Assembly: GCA_013265495.1 (NCBI GenBank)
Contig: MU061616.1
Span: 3,116,696-3,180,695, forward strand
DNA length: 64,000 nucleotides
Source: Vicugna vicugna
Lineage: Eukaryota
Direction: 5' to 3'
Positions 60,255 through 64,000 of this stretch are shown here, one piece after another. The translations under genes were made by a program, and so were the position numbers. The notes beneath the pieces were generated by a model that made no database searches, was not told the DNA's origin, and worked only from the letters and a program-made list of their open reading frames with translations. Within the stretch, counting starts at the first letter, position 1; every line of letters begins with the position of its first letter.

Positions 60255-63200
60255 TAAATCCAGGTGCAGGATTTTCCATGTACCTCTGTTTAAGTTCCCC
60301 TCATTTACTGCACTTCTTCACATGCAGTCTTTTGTGAAAGTTTATTGGATCTTGATTCTCTCAGTTCAAGACCATCCCTTATAGCTAGCTGGGTGCCTGT
60401 GATTCTGGTTGTCCCAAATTATTGGCCAAGTGAGGCTCAAGACAGACAGCATCCCCCCCTCCTGCCATTATATGCTTCTAGAACCTTCTCTCTTGGGACA
60501 CCAAGATTTCAAGGAGAGTCCTTCAAACATCCAGAAACCCACCTAGCTGCACTGCATTGGCCTGAATCCCTCCAGGAAGCCTCAACCATGTCCTGCCAGC
60601 CTGGGATGTAAAAACCAGTGTGAGATACTCCCAGAAGGTTGAGAATGGCTGTGGCCTGCCCCTCACAGCCTTCCCTGTTCCCTATAGGGTACATCCCTTA
60701 GGAAGTAGAGATGGTGGGTAGCTTGCTGGCCTTGCTCAGACCCCATTACCATCCTGCCTGCCAAGCAAGCATGCCCTTCATCTCTAGTAAAGCTGCATTT
60801 CCAGGCTCAAGCTGTTTTGTTTTTCTGTGAATTGGAAGCAAAATTACCCAGAGTTGCAGCCAGTCAGTGGAGGCCCCTCCTCAGCCTTCACCTGCTTTGG
60901 GGGCTCAGACTCAGAACTTTCTTGAGAGACTGAAAGAGATAAACTTTTCCTGTCCTGGCCAAAGACAGCACCAGGCATCCAGGTGGCCTACTTCCCAAAT
61001 TGCTGCATTTCCGCTGTGGCCCAGCGCCAAGAATACACAATGGATCCCTGCGTCCCCCTAGCTGTAAATCTCAAGTCCCAGCTTTTTCTCAGCCGGGACT
61101 GGCTGGTGGTAGGGGTGGGAAGGGGGTAGCTGTGTTGTTTCTCTGCCAGCACTTAGGGCCTTGGCAGGCCAGCGGCCTGGAGGAAGTCACCCCAGGTGGC
61201 CCTCCCCTCCTGGGCTAACACTCTCTGCAGAGGAAATCTGCTTCAGGAGATCTTGGAGGACAGCCTGGAGCCTAGTGCAGAAACCTCCGGACACTCAGGA
61301 GCCCTGAATGTTCCGGAAACTATGAGGGTCACGTGGTGGTACCCTGGACAAGGGGAAGCCGATGCTGATTGCATTTTCCAGTTGGGGCTCACTGGGTCAA
61401 AACAAGCTTCTCTTTTTCAGGCACCTGGTTCAACCAGCCTGATGATTTGTCCTCCCCATGGGGTAAGAATGATAGTGGTGGCCACATTTATTTTGCACTT
61501 AGTGTATGCCAAGTTTGGCTTCCTGTTCAGGATATTTTGGCTCCCCACCCCCACCCCAATCAGTTCTGGTTCTGCCAATCCCCAAAGGCTCTCTGAGAAC
61601 ATCCGCTAGTTTTTTTCCCAGCCTGCCTCAGCCTCCCAAATCCGACCCAACCCTTTTCCTCCACCCAGAGTGCTTCTGGTCGATTAGGAACCTGATGAAA
61701 TAAAAAGCCACAAAAGGGCCAAATTGGGGTCAGTGAACTGTGCCCCTTCTGCTAAGCCCTCCCAGCTCCTCTGCCAGCCCTGGAAGCCTTTTGTCCCCAG
61801 AACCAAAGGCCTGAGAGTTGGTTTCCCCTCCCAAAACTGAGCCTTAAATCAAAGGAATTTATCTCAAGATGTAGAATTCCAGGTTTCAGTCAGGTCGGGA
61901 AAGAGTCTATTCGGAGTGGGAGGGGGTTAGTTCCTCCGGGTCCCAAATTTCAGTGCATGGGCCCGAGAGGTGGAGGCGTAAGAATTATTTCTTGATGCAG
62001 AGCAGTCCTGCGTACACTCATTTTGGTGTTTACCACGTGCCAGGCACTGTTCCAAGTGTTTTGCATTCATCATCCCAGCTAACAAGTGGCAAAGCCAGGG
62101 TTCGAACGTAGCTCTCTGAGGCCAAATCCACAAGCCTGTTACTACAAACACCAACTCCCTCTTGGCCTGTGGGGAGCTGGGCTGGGCATGGCTGCCCTCC
62201 CCAGCACAGGGCACGCCCAGGTTGAGGTCCCATCCGGCTGCCCCCTGGTTTGGCCTGATCCTCACCCGTCTGTCCTCTTCAAAGGGCAGACCAGATCCTT
62301 GGGCCAAGCCCCGGAAAGAGGTGGGGTAGAGTGGGCATCTGGCAGGTGCTGGTGGGGCCAGGCTCTGGCCTGCTGGGGCCTCGTGGTGGGAGTTGTGGGT
62401 GGTGGGGATCTCTACTCCTCACCTGTAGTTTGGTAAAGAGCTTCGTCGAGGTTTGGCTTTTCATTTGCACCAGTTGACCCTCATGTACCCCAGAGTCCGT
62501 CTGCAGCCCATTCCCACACTCTCTCTCTCTCATTGCTTCTGTGAGTCATTTCCCAGCTGCTCCAAAGGGAAGGGAGGCTCATTAGTTCCACCAGGCCTGC
62601 GGATTCCTGCCCTTTGCTGGCTCGGCTCTTACAAAGGAGCCCCTAAGTGCCATGGATGCTCCCTTTAAACTTGTGTGTACACACCCATCTAGGCCCACCT
62701 CACCCACCCTGGGGTAGAACCCCTTCCCCCTGACGCAGGGCTGCCTCCTCTCACCCTGCCTGCTCCTACCTACCGTCTCCCCCTGGAGATGCCCGCCTCT
62801 GTTCTCTTCTCTCTGCTATGCACCCGCCCCACTCCCAGGCTCAGTGGGCAGGCCTCTTTCCTGCCTTATATCCGTCCAGAGGCCAAGAGGACTGTGCAAA
62901 ACTGATCCTCAGCATGGAGAATTCCAGGGTCAGCCTGGCTCCCCATTCCCTCCATCAGCCCCTAACCCTCTGGGTAGGGTGGGTTTTGAACCCTCCCGAC
63001 TTGGGCAGTGGCCCCTGCCAGGCCCTGGGAGTTGGCCCAGGGACCAGGACAAGTGGCCTGCAGAACCCAAGCCTATAACCTGAAACCCCCTAGAAAGGCT
63101 GATGGGCTGTCCCGCCCCTTCAGCCAGGGCGGCTCTGCCACTCACTCAGAGAATTTTGCTCTACCCCAGAAACTGCTCCATGGATATTTTCTCACCAGCT

Positions 63201-63469
63201 ACCCTGCAGAAAGATCCTTCTTCAAAATTAGGCCAATCAAGAACTTAACAAGCTTCAAAAAAGATAAAAGTCACCTGCAGCTCTTACTAAAACATGTGCC
63301 TCAGGGAAGGTTTCACAGCCCTTATGGCCACATTTGCAAAACCCAGACTCTGATAAAAGGGGCTCCGCATAAGACCCCCACCCTCTCCCAGCTATGCAGG
63401 GTACCCAGAGCTGGACAGGGCTGCCCTGCTTCCTGCCTGGCCAGGCCCACCTTATTGCTACTTCCCCAA

Positions 63470-63615
63470 TTTTTTTGTTGTTGTTTTTTCTTTCTTTTTT
63501 TTAGAGGGGGAGGTAATTAGGTTTATTTATTTAGTTACTTAGTGGAGGTACTGGGGATTGAATCCAGGGCCTCATGCCTGCTAGGTGTGCACTCTACCAG
63601 TGAGCTATGCCCCAC
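63470..63615 (-). mobile_element. tRNA-derived SINE, camelid Vic-1-like
   Basis: T-rich tail, then tagtggaggtactggggattgaatccagggcctcatgcctgctaggtgtgcactctaccagtgagctatgccc; same family as 50472-50603. Confidence 0.8.
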
Positions 63616-63689
63616 TCCTTCCTCACTTCTGTTGCTCCCCACAAGGAGACATTTATTTCAGAGTCACATCCTGGTAACAAGCATAATAA

Positions 63690-63940
63690 TGAATTACTAG
63701 TTAACACTTATGTAGAGCTAACTACTGGCTAAGCACTGTCGTGGGCACCTCACATGTATGTCATGAGCTTATTTAATCCTGACCATCGCCTATTGTTATC
63801 ACTCCATTTGACAGATGAGGAAACAGAGGCACAGAGAAGGTAGGGAACTTACCAGGTGTTATTTATGTAGTACACTGGGGCTGGAAGCCCGGCCCTTGGG
63901 GCTCTTCAAGGAGACCTTGGCTCTTAACCACTAAGGTATA
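63690..63940 (-). mobile_element. MIR SINE
   Basis: tccatttgacagatgaggaaacagaggcacagagaagg. Confidence 0.75.
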
Positions 63941-64000
63941 TCATCACCCCAGTCTAAACTGGACCATGACCTTCTAGCACCCATGGAGGGGGAGGGGGGC

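Noticed and set aside
60300-64000. Start of a neighbouring gene such as PRR29 or ICAM2
   Set aside because: No matching exon or CpG-island promoter was seen; these genes probably lie beyond the window.

Overview
Mammalian genomic DNA containing the conserved GH1-CD79B-SCN4A cluster, all three genes on the minus strand. GH1 has 5 exons (216 aa), CD79B/Ig-beta 6 exons (232 aa) and SCN4A/Nav1.4 24 coding exons (about 1816 aa; parts of four exons are hidden by N runs). The source is very probably a camelid, based on the GH residues ERTYIP and ILRQ and two Vic-1-like SINEs. Recognisable regulatory DNA includes the GH promoter, the CD79B promoter, the Pit-1 array of GH locus-control-region site HSI and strong CTCF motifs. 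The rest is L1, L2, MIR, MER-type DNA transposon remnants and one young solo LTR. I found no new gene or new class of biological system. The most interesting signals are lineage-specific changes to known parts: the Nav1.4 domain-I glycosylated repeat reduced to one unit, a diverged Ig-beta stalk in the lineage with heavy-chain-only antibodies, a CATAAA GH TATA box, a convergent CTCF pair around the LCR, an antisense solo LTR with six SOX motifs and an internally primed L1 insertion. All comparisons with human, rodent or cattle sequences are from memory and need checking by alignment.
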